Shown here piece by piece: positions 47,583-58,640 of a stretch of 64,000 nucleotides of DNA. The notes beneath the pieces are model-generated. The model saw nothing but the letters and a program-made list of their open reading frames with translations, was not told where the DNA came from and ran no database searches. Both the position numbers and the translations under genes were made by a program. Origin of the DNA: Camelus ferus (lineage: Eukaryota); assembly GCF_009834535.1 (NCBI RefSeq), contig NC_045706.1, positions 1,798,001-1,862,000 on the forward strand, read 5' to 3'. Numbering within the stretch: position 1 is the first letter of the stretch; every line of letters starts with the position of its first letter.

Positions 47583-48625
47583 TGAGGTATGTTGGTGCTG
47601 GCGGAAGGTTTGTGTGTGAGAGCAGGGTCCCCGTCACAGCACGGGTCCGGAACAGCAGGAAGGGAGCTGCCGCAGGAAGCCCTCCCCCAGCCGGGGCACG
47701 CCGGTGGAGTGAGACAGAGCTGTGGGTACCTGCACGCTCAGGCGCAGACTCACCCCAGGCTCACCAGACACTGTCCTGATTCGGAGCATCTAGTATAATT
47801 CTAGTTCTGCCTGCTGGCAGCCGGAGGGCTCAGGAAGGCCTCGGCCCCATCAGGCTGGCCTAGGTTTTGTACTTGCAGCTGGAGGGCTGTGGTTCCTCCG
47901 GCATCGAGGGCTGGGCCGCGCTGGGCCTGGCTGTGCCCCGTCGCCCACGCCGCGCCCCTGGTCTGCCTCCCTGCCCCGGGCACCGCCCGCTGCATCCTCC
48001 GAGCGCAGATCCACACGCCGCAGGCAGAGTCTGAAAACAAGCGTTCAGAGGCTCCCCGAGCGGGACGGAGTCAGGAGGGGAGAGTGAAAGCAATGTCTCC
48101 AGACATTTTATTTTGGTTAAAACATTAAAGTGCATGGCAGCCCTTCATGGAAATTGTAAATCTTTGCTGGAGAGAAATGAGAAAGCAGGAGGACGTGAAA
48201 TAACGGCCTGGTGTTTCCCAGGCTCGCGGCGCCTGCTTGCTTTTACACGGGGAGCTGGGTATTGTGGCTCCCAAATTAATTTTGGGGAGATGAATTATTG
48301 ACTGCAGATATAATTTATTACTAATGAGCAAAATATGTTTGTGACCTGGACCTGGTGGGATGAGTAGCAAAGGCAGAGGAAGGAACAGTAAGAAGGGGGA
48401 GGGCGCAGCCCCAGGACAGACCTGCCGGGCTCCTCCCGACCCGGGCACAGTCCTGGAGCGCTCCGAGGGCTACACGTGTGATTGGCATGCTCAGTGTCAT
48501 GGTCACCAAGTTTAAGTGGCCCGGCCAAGCCATACCACCTGTAAGAGGCAAAGCCTGGATGCCCACTCTGTGTTACATCCCCAGATGGTCCTCTCTCTCC
48601 TGTTGTCCCCTTGGCATTGCCTATC

Positions 48626-49283
48626 TGTTACCAAACTCAGGTTCAGCTGCTCATCACTTGAAAGCCAATACTCGAGAGAGAAGCGCTGGAAGGAAAGGAG
48701 AGGTTGCTTTATTCAGGAGGCCGGCTGCCTGGGGGAGAAGGCGGACTCATGTCCAAGAACCAACATCTGACCGTTGGTCGGGGGTGGGGGCTTCTAGAGG
48801 GGAGCTTCAGGGGTGCACAGTCAGGGTGAGGGGCCACAGTCGGCTCTGGCCGTCACCTTGAAGTCAGTCCTGCAGCAGCACCTTGATTGTTTGAAGCACA
48901 GTTAACCTTCAGTTCCGGGGTCGGTGTGTTCCCATTTCCTTGAGGCCAGCTCTCAGAACTGTGTGCGATGTCGTGGCTACAGCCTGGTCGTCAGGTAGTT
49001 GACGTCCTCCGCCCGGTGAGGGCTCAGGACCCGTGGACAGGGGCCCAGCGGGCAGGGCTCGCGGTTCCCTAGGGCCCTTGGGGGGACGGAAGGTCCTGGA
49101 CTTTGTCTAAAGGCTGAGCTGCTCTTGTTTGCCATGCTGCCTGTTCCCCTTTCTTTTCCGCATCCTCTGATTTCCATGATTTAATTTATTCTTTGGCTAA
49201 AGTTTTTCTACAGACAAGAGGCAGGTGGAGGACACGAGGGGATTCTGTCCCTGGAAGGCCCTGTAGGGTCCAGCGTCCTTGCA
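48626..49283 (-). mobile_element. Solo ERV1-class LTR, antisense to TCERG1L
   Basis: Bounded by tgttacc...tgca (TG...CA). Contains ggttcagctgctc..gaaagccaatactcgagag, ggttgctttattcaggaggccgg (minus-strand AATAAA at 48708-48713) and aaggtcctggactttgtctaaaggct, which resemble recalled ERV1 LTRs. Family not identified. Confidence 0.6.
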
Positions 49284-50838
49284 CACTGAAGCCCAGCCAC
49301 TTGGCTGTCTCCCTGCCCGAGGGGGCTTTGCATGGAGGGTCCCTTCAGAGGCGGCTCTGGTGACAGCAGGGACTGAAGTGTGAAGAGCAGGTTCTCGCTC
49401 TACTCAGGGTGGGGTGGGGCCTGGGCGGGCTCCCAGGAGGCTCTGGCATTGGCCTATGAGCCGACATTCCTGGGGGGCTGTGGACCTCAGGGGGAGCCCC
49501 GTCCACCCAGCATCCGCGTCTGCGCGTGGGCAAAAGAGTTCTTCTCGAAATCAGGCCAACGACGAGAGAGGACGTCAAAATGCTTTAGAGTCGGGTGCGA
49601 TCCTGAATTTCAGGTCAGGCCTCTTATTTTCCTCCTGCTAATCTTTGTCTCACCGATGTTCCTGGCTCAGCCAAAAATACATTTTTGTGAACTAGGAAAA
49701 GAAAAGTATTTTTCTAGATTTTAAGATTCTCACTTTTGTTGGTACGGCCAGCCCAGTGAGATTACGGCACTGCATAATGCAGGCTGACCCATGCTTGCTG
49801 CGTTTGTATCCGCAACACAGCTCCTCTGGGTGCGGCGCCACTAAGGTTCTGGCCTATTAAACAATATTTAAAAAGTGTTTATCTTTGCAAAGTAATGTTA
49901 ATACTTAAAGTGTTCTTTCAGGTGAAAATCACTTAAATACTTACATTTATTCAGATAATTAAAATGTTTTATTTCATAACTTATTTTAATAAGTATTTAA
50001 ATAATTTTAAAACATTACGATTATTTTAACGCTGTTCTATGGTGCTGGTCACTGTTGGGGGAAGACAGATGGGAGATTTTGGCTGCCAGAAACTGCAAGA
50101 TCTGGATGATTATTCGGAGAAGGTTGGCAGAGCTCGCAAGTGTTAAGTATCATTTATTTATATTTCTCAGCCCATTTATCGAGGACATTTGCATTTGTGA
50201 TAACAGCATTATTTTACTAATCGTGTGATGTGCATACAAAGACGTCTGTTCCTCAAAGTTCTTAGTGATTTTTTAATGATTTTTAAACAAAGCTCCTACT
50301 CTCAGCCCTAACTGCCGTGTGCAGGACGCACATTCCTCTTACACTTGCACTGGAAGTTATTCGTAAGCTTAGCCCGCGTCTCCATGTAAATGGCTCATGC
50401 TTTGCCAGATTTTAGCACATTTGTTAAGAATGGGTGGAGAGGGCAAGTTTTGCTACAGGAGGTTTTTCCTCCTCCGGAGCAGCGGGGGGGGGGGGGGGGG
50501 GCAGATCCCACAGCACTCTCACGTGCGTCAGTGCTGTTTCGCACTTTGACTCTGACTGTGGAAATCTGCTGAAATGTCACCACCGCAGAGGTCCGCTCAG
50601 AGCCGGGCCCCAGCACATCCTCGTCTCTGCTGAGCGGGTGGTTCTGCGCGTGGCCGGAGCGGGGGAGCCAAGCTGAGGAAGGCCAGGCTCGTGGACCCTC
50701 CCAGGTGTGGCGGGCAGGGTGACTCAGATGAGGGCACTGATGGTGGCTTATGAAGTCCAGTCCTGTCCTCTCTCAGTCCTCAGGGTGGCCCTGGGTCTGA
50801 TGTGGGCTTAGGTGAGGCGAGTTAAAATCGTGTCTGGG

Positions 50839-50984
50839 CTGGTGCAGCCACTATGGAAAACAGCATGGACATTCCTTAAAAAACTGAAAATAGACTTACC
50901 CTATGATCCAGCAATCCCACTCCTGGGCATATAACTGGGGGGACCTCTAATTCGAAAAGGCACATGCACCCCAATGTTCACAGC
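50839..50984 (+). mobile_element. Relatively young L1 (ORF2 C-terminal region) running into the gap
   Basis: ggtgcagccactatggaaaacagcatgg...tatgatccagcaatcccactcctgggcatata is close to the L1 consensus. Confidence 0.9.
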
Positions 50985-51181
50985 NNNNNNNNNNNNNNNN
51001 NNNNNNNNNNNNNNNNNNNNNNNNNNNNNNNNNNNNNNNNNNNNNNNNNNNNNNNNNNNNNNNNNNNNNNNNNNNNNNNNNNNNNNNNNNNNNNNNNNNN
51101 NNNNNNNNNNNNNNNNNNNNNNNNNNNNNNNNNNNNNNNNNNNNNNNNNNNNNNNNNNNNNNNNNNNNNNNNNNNNNNNNN
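50985..51181. other. Assembly gap (197 N)
   Basis: Run of N seen directly. Confidence 1.
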
Positions 51182-52064
51182 GTGGGGAGTGCCCACATCC
51201 CACGTTCACAGGCAAGGACAACACACACCTGGGAGATTCCTGCATCAGATCTGAGGGTGGGCACTGAGGAAGGTGCCAGCCATGGTGCCCACACAGAGAC
51301 CTCTCCAGGGTCAGAATCAGGATAGAGATTGGAAGACTGTTTGCTCCCTAGACTTGCTGTACTCCCCCCACCTGGGAATGAAGTGACCGTCCCAGACCGT
51401 ATTGTCCCCACCCCTGCTTGGCCACAAGGAGCCCTCTGATCCTCCCTGGATGCACCCCATCCTCTCCCCATGTTCCTAAGCCTCTGCATGGTCCTGGGAG
51501 GTCTGTGGGCCTGGGCCATCCCGGGCTCCCTTCCGCCCCCGCAGGTCTCAGCCACCTCTCCAGGCTCCAAGAGCAGCAGGCACCTTCTCCACGATGCTCT
51601 GGTCCCCATCACAGTCACCTGTTAGGGAGACAGCTGCCCGTGCTGCCCTCCCCACACCTGCCGCCTGGCAGTGGGCTCAGTGAGCGAGTCCCTGTCTGTG
51701 CAGACTTAGAGCCGTGTCGCCTGGCTCACTGCCGTCTTGCGCAGAGCTGGTGCACACACGAAGCACTCACTGTTCTGCCTTCTGTCGTGTCCTGAGGCCA
51801 GGTCCTGCCCGTCCCAGGTTGTCGGGGGCCCTGGAGGCCGGGTCAGAGCTCCTGAGACTGTCCTCTACCCAGATGCCCAAGACCAAACCAGCTGCCCGTG
51901 TCCGCCTGGGTGACACCTCTCTGCTCCCTGCCACCTCCGCCTACCGGGCCGTGGCTCCTGGTCAGCAGACTGGCCGTTCGAGCCGGGACCCCCGCCTCCT
52001 TGTGAGGGCCCGCTCTGGTGAGGGTCAGTTGGTGCCCAAGGTGCCGTTTAAATGCTGTCTATCC

Positions 52065-52280
52065 TTTTGTTTTTTTAATTTTTTTTTGAAGTGTAGTTGA
52101 TTCACAGTGTTAGTTTCAGGTGTACACAGAGTGATTCAGTCACATGCACACACACATACGTATCTTTCCTTTTCAGATTCTTTTCCATTGTATGTTATGA
52201 CCAGAAATTGAATACCGTGCCCTGTGCCTACAGTAGGTCCTTGTTGTTTACCTATTTTCTGTATAGTAACGTGTGTCTCT
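52065..52280 (-). mobile_element. Truncated L1 3' end, antisense
   Basis: Poly-T followed by gaagtgtagttgattcacagtgttagtttcaggtgtaca...ctgtgcctacagtaggtccttgttgttt. Confidence 0.88.
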
Positions 52281-52329
52281 GCTTTTCAGTCCAGAATGCA
52301 GAGCCACCAGCCGGGCCTCCAGACTAAGG

Positions 52330-52990
52330 AGTCTTGAGGGTGGCTCGGGGGTCTGCCGTGTCCCGCTCTGTCCCCGCACAGACCCCAGGGCCCCGCACCG
52401 CGCCCCTGAGCGTCAGCCACGCGCCGCGCGCTGCGTCCCGGGCTCCCTCTGCCTCCGGCCATGCGGGCGCTGCATCTAACAAGCAGCCGAGTCCCGGCAA
52501 CGCCCAGGCCTACGACGGACCCGTGGCCCCGGCGAGGTGGCCGCGGCAGGGAGGCGGGCTCACAGGAAGCCGCGCCCGCCGCGGCAGCCTAGGAGGAAGG
52601 CGTTATTTTTCTCCAGATAGAAGTCCAGCCCGTTGAGGAGTCTCATGTGAGTAAGAGGCTGGAGTGAGGCGGCTCCGCAGGACACGGCTGAGGGGTGACT
52701 CCCCCCGGGGCCGCTTCGGGGGGCGCCGTCCCCAGCGTCTCTCTCCTTCTCCCTGTCTCTCACACTTTTTGATTTTATGGCCATTTTTTGGCATTAGGAG
52801 AAATTGAAAACCTGCTTCGATTTCATAGCTTCACGTCTGAGAGGAAAGCACCACCGCTCGCAGCCAGGATGCGTCTGATTTATGCAGCGCGGAGACCTCC
52901 CTTCCCTCTTTAATTATGCGGCTTTTCCGCAGAAGAGCTCCGGCGAGATGAAGGGATAAAGTGCTGAGATGAACATTTTCTTCCCCTTTT
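52330..52990. promoter_or_regulatory. CpG-dense patch abutting a HOX/PBX motif island, candidate enhancer
   Basis: CpG-rich 52330-52730, then TTTTATGGCC (52773), TGATTTATG (52876) and TAATTA (52911). Confidence 0.35.
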
Positions 52991-53441
52991 AAGGGAGTCA
53001 CTTACCAGGCACCAGAGGCCGTAAGAGCAGGTGCAATGAGACTGGGTGGGTCGGCTGAAGTGACTCGGAGCAGCCCCCGGGGAGCAGCGGGAGGGCGGGG
53101 CTTATCCCCGAGACAGACAGAGGTGGAGACCGCGCCTCAGGGTAGACGGGCGGAGCCCGGGGCCCGCGGACACGGCCCCGGGGGCCGGGCGTCTCCAGCC
53201 TTGGTGAGAACCTCTTCCTCCACCTGCGGGTGAAGCCAGGGTGTGGGTGAGGCTATGCCCCAGACCCCTTCTTAGCACAGAGGACCAAGGAGCATTTGTG
53301 CCTTCGACTTCTTAGCGTTCATTCCTGGCCGTTCTCCCGTGCAGACCCCTGGACGGTTTCCACTTGTACCAGTTTGGAAGCAGGAGCTGCACTTGTAGCT
53401 TCTTCTAAGGGGAAATCTATTTCAGAAGTGTCCTGGGTTGA

Positions 53442-53893
53442 TGTGGTGGAGTACTACTCAGCCGTAAAATAGAATGAAATAATGCCGTCTGCAGCAATGT
53501 GGATGGACCTGGAGATCGTCATACTAAGCAAAGTAAGCCAGAAGGAGAAATAAAAATACCACATGATATCACCTATATGTGGAATCTAAAAAAAAGGACA
53601 CAATTTATTTGCAAAACAGAAGCAGACCCACAGACATAGAAAACAAATATGATCACCAGGGCAGAAAAGTTGGGGTGGAGGGATAAATTGGGAGTCCAGG
53701 ATTTGTAGATACTAACTGCTCTATCTAAAATAGAGAAACAACAAGGTCCTACTGTGCAGCCCAGGGAGCTGTGTTCAGCACCTTGTAAGAGCCTATAATG
53801 AAAAATAATATGAAAAGATACGTGTGCACCTGGACCATCGCGCTGCACGCTGGAAATCGGCACAACGCTGTGAACAGCTATCCTTCGACAAAA
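53442..53893 (+). mobile_element. 5'-truncated L1 3' end with a 19-bp target-site duplication
   Basis: L1 3' UTR motifs, flanked by cagaagtgtcctgggttga (53423-53441) and cagaagtgtcccgggctga (53894-53912). Confidence 0.92.
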
Positions 53894-53899
53894 CAGAAG

Positions 53900-54319
53900 T
53901 GTCCCGGGCTGACTGGCACCCCCCCCAGATTCACACCCACAGGCAACCGCAGAATCTGACTTGATTTGGAAAGAGGGTCTTTGTAGATACAATTAATTAA
54001 GGACTTCGAGATGAAATCACCTTAGATTTGGGACAGACCCTACATCCAATGCTTGGAGGGGCACACAGACACCTAGGGGACAAGGCCACGTGAAGACAGA
54101 GGCAGAGGCTGGGGGGATGCTGCACAAGCCAAGGATGCCTGGAGCCCCCAGGAGCTGGAAGAGGCAGGAGGGACCCTCCCCCGAGTCTCAGAGGGAGCTG
54201 AGCTCGACCGACACCTGGATTTAGGGCTCCTGGTCTCCGGAACTGTGAGAGGATAAATTTCTGTTGTTCTAAGCCAGTTTGTGCTCATTTATCTTGACAG
54301 ACCCCTGGACACTAACACA
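53900..54319 (+). mobile_element. MLT1 (MLT1B/C/D-like MaLR) solo LTR
   Basis: gatttggaaagagggtctttgtagat, ggccacgtgaagacagaggcagag, gaactgtgagaggataaatttctgttgttctaagcc, ending actaacaca. Confidence 0.88.
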
Positions 54320-56859
54320 GTGCTGAGCAATCTGCAAATTTTGGAGGAATTGGGGTGGATACGTGGTGCACAGGACACAAAGCAGACATCACGACCACCC
54401 CCTCCCTAGACAGCTGCTCCTCCCCCGTCTCGCTGCTCCTCCCTCTGCTCTGCCTCACCCACACAGTGACCTTCCTGCATCCAGGCTCCCACACACCTGG
54501 TCCCCAGCCGACCCACGGACCCAGCGGGCCAGCTGCCAAGGGCTGGGGGAAAATACCCATTTCCAAGAAGAGCCTCTCCCTTAGGGCTTCTGCTCTGAAA
54601 ACAAAATTTCCCGCGTCCCACCGCAGGCTTGTGGGTTTGTTGTAGCCTCCAAGGGAAGAATGCTAGACCAGCGCCCTTCAACTGAGGACCCGTGCGGCTG
54701 GTTTAGCCCCGCCCACCCCAGAGCTAAGGCTGGTAGCTCTGCCAGAAGCAGGGGGCAGCTGGCATCTGATGGAACTCCTCGCTTTGGAAAGGGCTAACGG
54801 GTGCTCGCTAGCACCCAGGTTGGAGCTGACCCTCTTATCCCGCTTCTCAGCTGTGCACGTGGAGGTTAAGAGGACAAGTCACTTGACAGGGTTTTGGAGG
54901 CCTGACAGTGGTGGCTCTGGGTGGAGATCCATGTTCTCTCCTGTAACCATCTCCGGCCACCCTGCCTTCACTTTCTTCCATCCGGAATACACTCAGTTCA
55001 CAGAGACCACAGGAAAGAAAGAGCTTCTCATATGGGAGGGAAGAGACCCCTCCGGCCAGGCTGCTCTGCTCCCCTGGCTGGCGCCCCAGCGGGACCCTCC
55101 TCACTGTGCGAACGGTGGTGCCCAGTCTGCCACCCACGGGCCTTTTATTGTCGGAGGCTTGGCAACAGCATCGCCAGCTCGTGGTGGTGCCATGACATCT
55201 GAAATGAATGAAATTCAGGAGAATCTCACTCAATAGGGTTGAACATCCTTGGCGACGTGCCCACAGAGGACTTCATCAAAATACTTCACTCTGTGACAAC
55301 TGGGATCCACACCCCAAGGCCAAATGACCCAATTAAAATGACTGTAATTCAGAGCAAACTTAATTAACAATTATAATTAATCATCTCCTACAGAAACAGC
55401 CACTTGATCGTGGGGTGAGCCAGCGTTCTGCAGCAGCGAACCTCTGTCCCCTTTAAGCCACCCCGTGACTTGAGAAGACATGATGTGGATGCCAGGAGCA
55501 TCCTGCATGCTCCAGGGTCCGCAGGTGAGGACCCGATGGGGCAGCCCCAGAGGGTTACCAGAGGGGCCGAGATCCGGGAGCCCCGGCTCTCTCTGGACAC
55601 CTGGCAGGTGGAGCCTGGTCGCACCAGCCCACTCCTTGGTCAGGGACTAATGTACCACCCCACCCCACCTCCGCTGTGCTCTGTGCAGACATCAGCCGTC
55701 CACTCCAGGTCACCTCTCCCCAGGTGTAGGATTGTAGCTGGAAGGTGTCTGCTGGCCCAGGACTGCGTTTCCCTGCCCCTCCTGGGCCAGGGTGGTCCGC
55801 AGACCTGGCTCTGACTGGCGGACTGTGGGCCAGGCTGTGCAGGTCAAGGAAGAAGACCTGCCTCTCTCTACCTCTTGCCTCCCACTTACCTTCGATTCTG
55901 GCCCCTCTGAGACCCTGGGGAAGGCAGGGCCCCAAAAGGAAGGAGCCACGTCCCTGAGTCACTGCTGCTGAAGCTGACTGGTTCTTACGCAGGGTGACTG
56001 ACCTCCAGCCCGAGTGGGCGAACACAGAGGAACGCTTCTGTGGCAGAGCTCACGAGTCCTACACACACGTTTTCTTACGGTGGAAACAGCGACGTGTGTG
56101 GGGGGCTAACTTGGACGTTCCGCCAGAAACGGTGTGTCTTACGCCAAAAGAGCAGTCTTGGAGACTTCTTTGTCATCAGCCTCATTAAACACTCCATCCT
56201 TCACCGAAATGAGCTGACCTGAAGTGCTGCGCCCCCGCGAACATCCCCGGATAAATTATGGAAGGTCCTGACGCGGGTCCTCCCCCCGCACAGCTGCCTG
56301 CGAGGAGCTGAGTGAGCGCAGCTCTGCGGGTGGGTGACGGGGGTGAAGCGTCATTCACAGACGCGGTTACTGGTCCTTGAGAAGTCGTCAGCCAGCCGGT
56401 CGTTCAGGCTCTTCGAGGGCTGTCACGGTGGTCCTTGGGTTTAGAAGTGGGGTTCCTCGCGGTCCTGTGACAGACAGGGCAGGTGCCCGTCAGCCCAGTC
56501 TTTGCCCGTGGCCGGCCGTCACCCGTGACCAGAGGGGCCTCCTCACCCTACACTGCCATTTAGGGTGACAGTGAATTAAGCCTAAGCCATCAGGCAACGT
56601 GCCGCTGAGGTGTGTGTCTCTATGGACTAAAGACTTAATTACTTAAACGTTTACGTTGCTTTGTAATTAAGCAGTGAATCGTGAGTAGATTCTCCTTCAG
56701 AAATGGAATCAATTTAGAAGCACACAGACTTTCTTCCTCTCAGCCCTGCTGTTCTCACTGAGAAACTTCCATGAGCAGTTTGGGGTGATGGTCTTACAGT
56801 TCCCACGCGTGATGGCGCTCACAAGTGTTCATGAAAACGCAAAGGCTTTTTAAAAATTG

Positions 56860-57120
56860 CATGGGGTTGTGCAGGGCTTGTATTTCTGACTTTTCACTTA
56901 GCAACATAAGATAAGGTGACGTAGGAAGAATTTGCCGTCTTAACTGCTCTGGTCAGATCCATGGTTTGGGCATAAACTTATTTCTTTGCGGTTGGACATC
57001 ATGCTGTTTCTAACGTGGGGCTGTTACAAGCAACTCTTGAGTGTTTCCTACACTCTTCTTCCTGCTGATGGTAAAACGCCATGTGTAGTTGGTGGAATGT
57101 AGCTTAGTGCAATGTTTCTG
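56860..57120 (-). mobile_element. Possible old L1ME 3' UTR fragment
   Basis: ttttcacttagcaacat...gttggacatcatgctgtttctaacgtggggctgttacaa resembles antisense old L1 3' UTR. Confidence 0.4.
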
Positions 57121-58199
57121 GCAGAAAGAAAAGGGGTTGATAGAAACTGAGACTCAATTTTCCTGTATCATTTAGTCCAGCAGTTCCAGTCCTGGGACTC
57201 TCCTAAGAAACCCTGTGATCAGAAATCCACCGGCAGCTGCAGCCGCGGACGGGGCAAGCCCGCCGCCCCCTACAGAGCCTGTGGTCTTGGGGCCCTTCTC
57301 ACCCTTCAGCTCTGCTCTTTCCTTGTCTCTACAGAAGGGCTGACAGGTGCACTGCCGGCCCCGGGCACCCCTGCATGTGAGGTGGGGTGAGGTTCTTTAG
57401 CAAACTGAGCGGGGGGTCCCAAGACTGAGGGAGCAGTTTGGCATCATCACAGGCCCACAGGGAAGGATGCATGAGGAACCCACAGCACACGGTTTAAAAT
57501 GGAGAAGTTAAAAATTAAGCTTAAGTGCCCAGCAGCAGGGGCTGGGGACACTGCAGGGCGTGCTTCTGCTGAAAGTTCAGGCAGCCTTTACAGCCACGCC
57601 CGCCGCTCTGGGCAGCACAGAGAACGTGCGTGTTAACGGAGGGGGAGGAAGTCCAGCAAGCAGCCCTGAAGCCTCCGCGATGGGTCTGCAGGGACAGGAA
57701 TGAAGCCAGAGCCCCGGGCCCGCCCACCCACCGCCCAGCTCCCTCAGGATCTGTCCGAGGTCCCGGGGAGCTCTGGCCCTGCCCCGTGCTCCTGTCAGAT
57801 CTGCAAAGGCATTGGGCTGTGCCCCATCAGGGCGGCTGTCTGTCCACCGCTGCTCCTCCTGCAGGGGCGGGCGGGGGTCCAGGGGCAGCAGGATCCAGCT
57901 GGAATGAAGTTTGGGTGCATTTAGTGCAGCAAGTGCAGGGGGAGGTTTCTCGGGCTCGTGGCGCCCTTCCAACAGGGCGGTGCCGGCCATGCCAGGTGGG
58001 CACCACTCCCAGGGGGCTGCTGCCTCCTGTTGCTCTCGCCCTGGGTCATGAAATGAAGGGGCAGAGCCTGCAGGCGACTCCGCGCCCGGCAAGCACGTCT
58101 GCAGGTGTGGCGACTGCCGGCGGCGACCCCACAGGACACGGAAGCGCATTGCTGTTCCGCTGCAGAGTGACGAGGTGACAGCCACGAAATTATCGTACG

Positions 58200-58640
58200 A
58201 AGAATCATTCGACAAGGATGCAGCCTGGACGTGTAGGAGCAAAAAGAATTTCAGAAACCTGAAAGGCAGTGAACGTAAATATTATGTTATCTTTCTGGAT
58301 TTGCTGACACATATATATATCTCTAAATGTTCAGAATATGTTGTGTTTTCTTTCATCGTTCTAAGTTAAGATTCACGTTTACGTCTAATTTTTTTTGTAA
58401 TTTTATATTATTTTTCCTCATGAGGGCCTGCAGCTTGCAGAATCCCTGGCCGACATCCACACGAACTCACCACCCTCAGTCGTCTCAGCGGGGCCGACGT
58501 GTTTATCAGTAAAGATTAGAATGGAAACAAAATATTCACTAGGGTTTAGTAATTGTCTCCTAATACAGGATGATGGGTAGTTTTCTTTTTGCTTCGTTTT
58601 GCACTTTGTTCCTTTGCAAGCTTCTGCAGTTTGTGTCAGA
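58200..58640 (+). mobile_element. Possible L1ME 3' terminal fragment
   Basis: caaaatattcact...ggatgatgggtagttttctttttgc resembles the L1ME3/4 terminus. Confidence 0.35.

Noticed and set aside
55248-55380. Short open frame LNILGDVPTEDFIKILHSVTTG... after a tag acceptor
   Set aside because: No recognisable homology, weak acceptor and no donor.
57335-57386. Strong acceptor (ctctttccttgtctctacag) with nearby GT donors
   Set aside because: The resulting 47- or 52-nt exon is frameshifting and does not resemble TCERG1L. At most a cryptic exon, and unsupported without RNA data.
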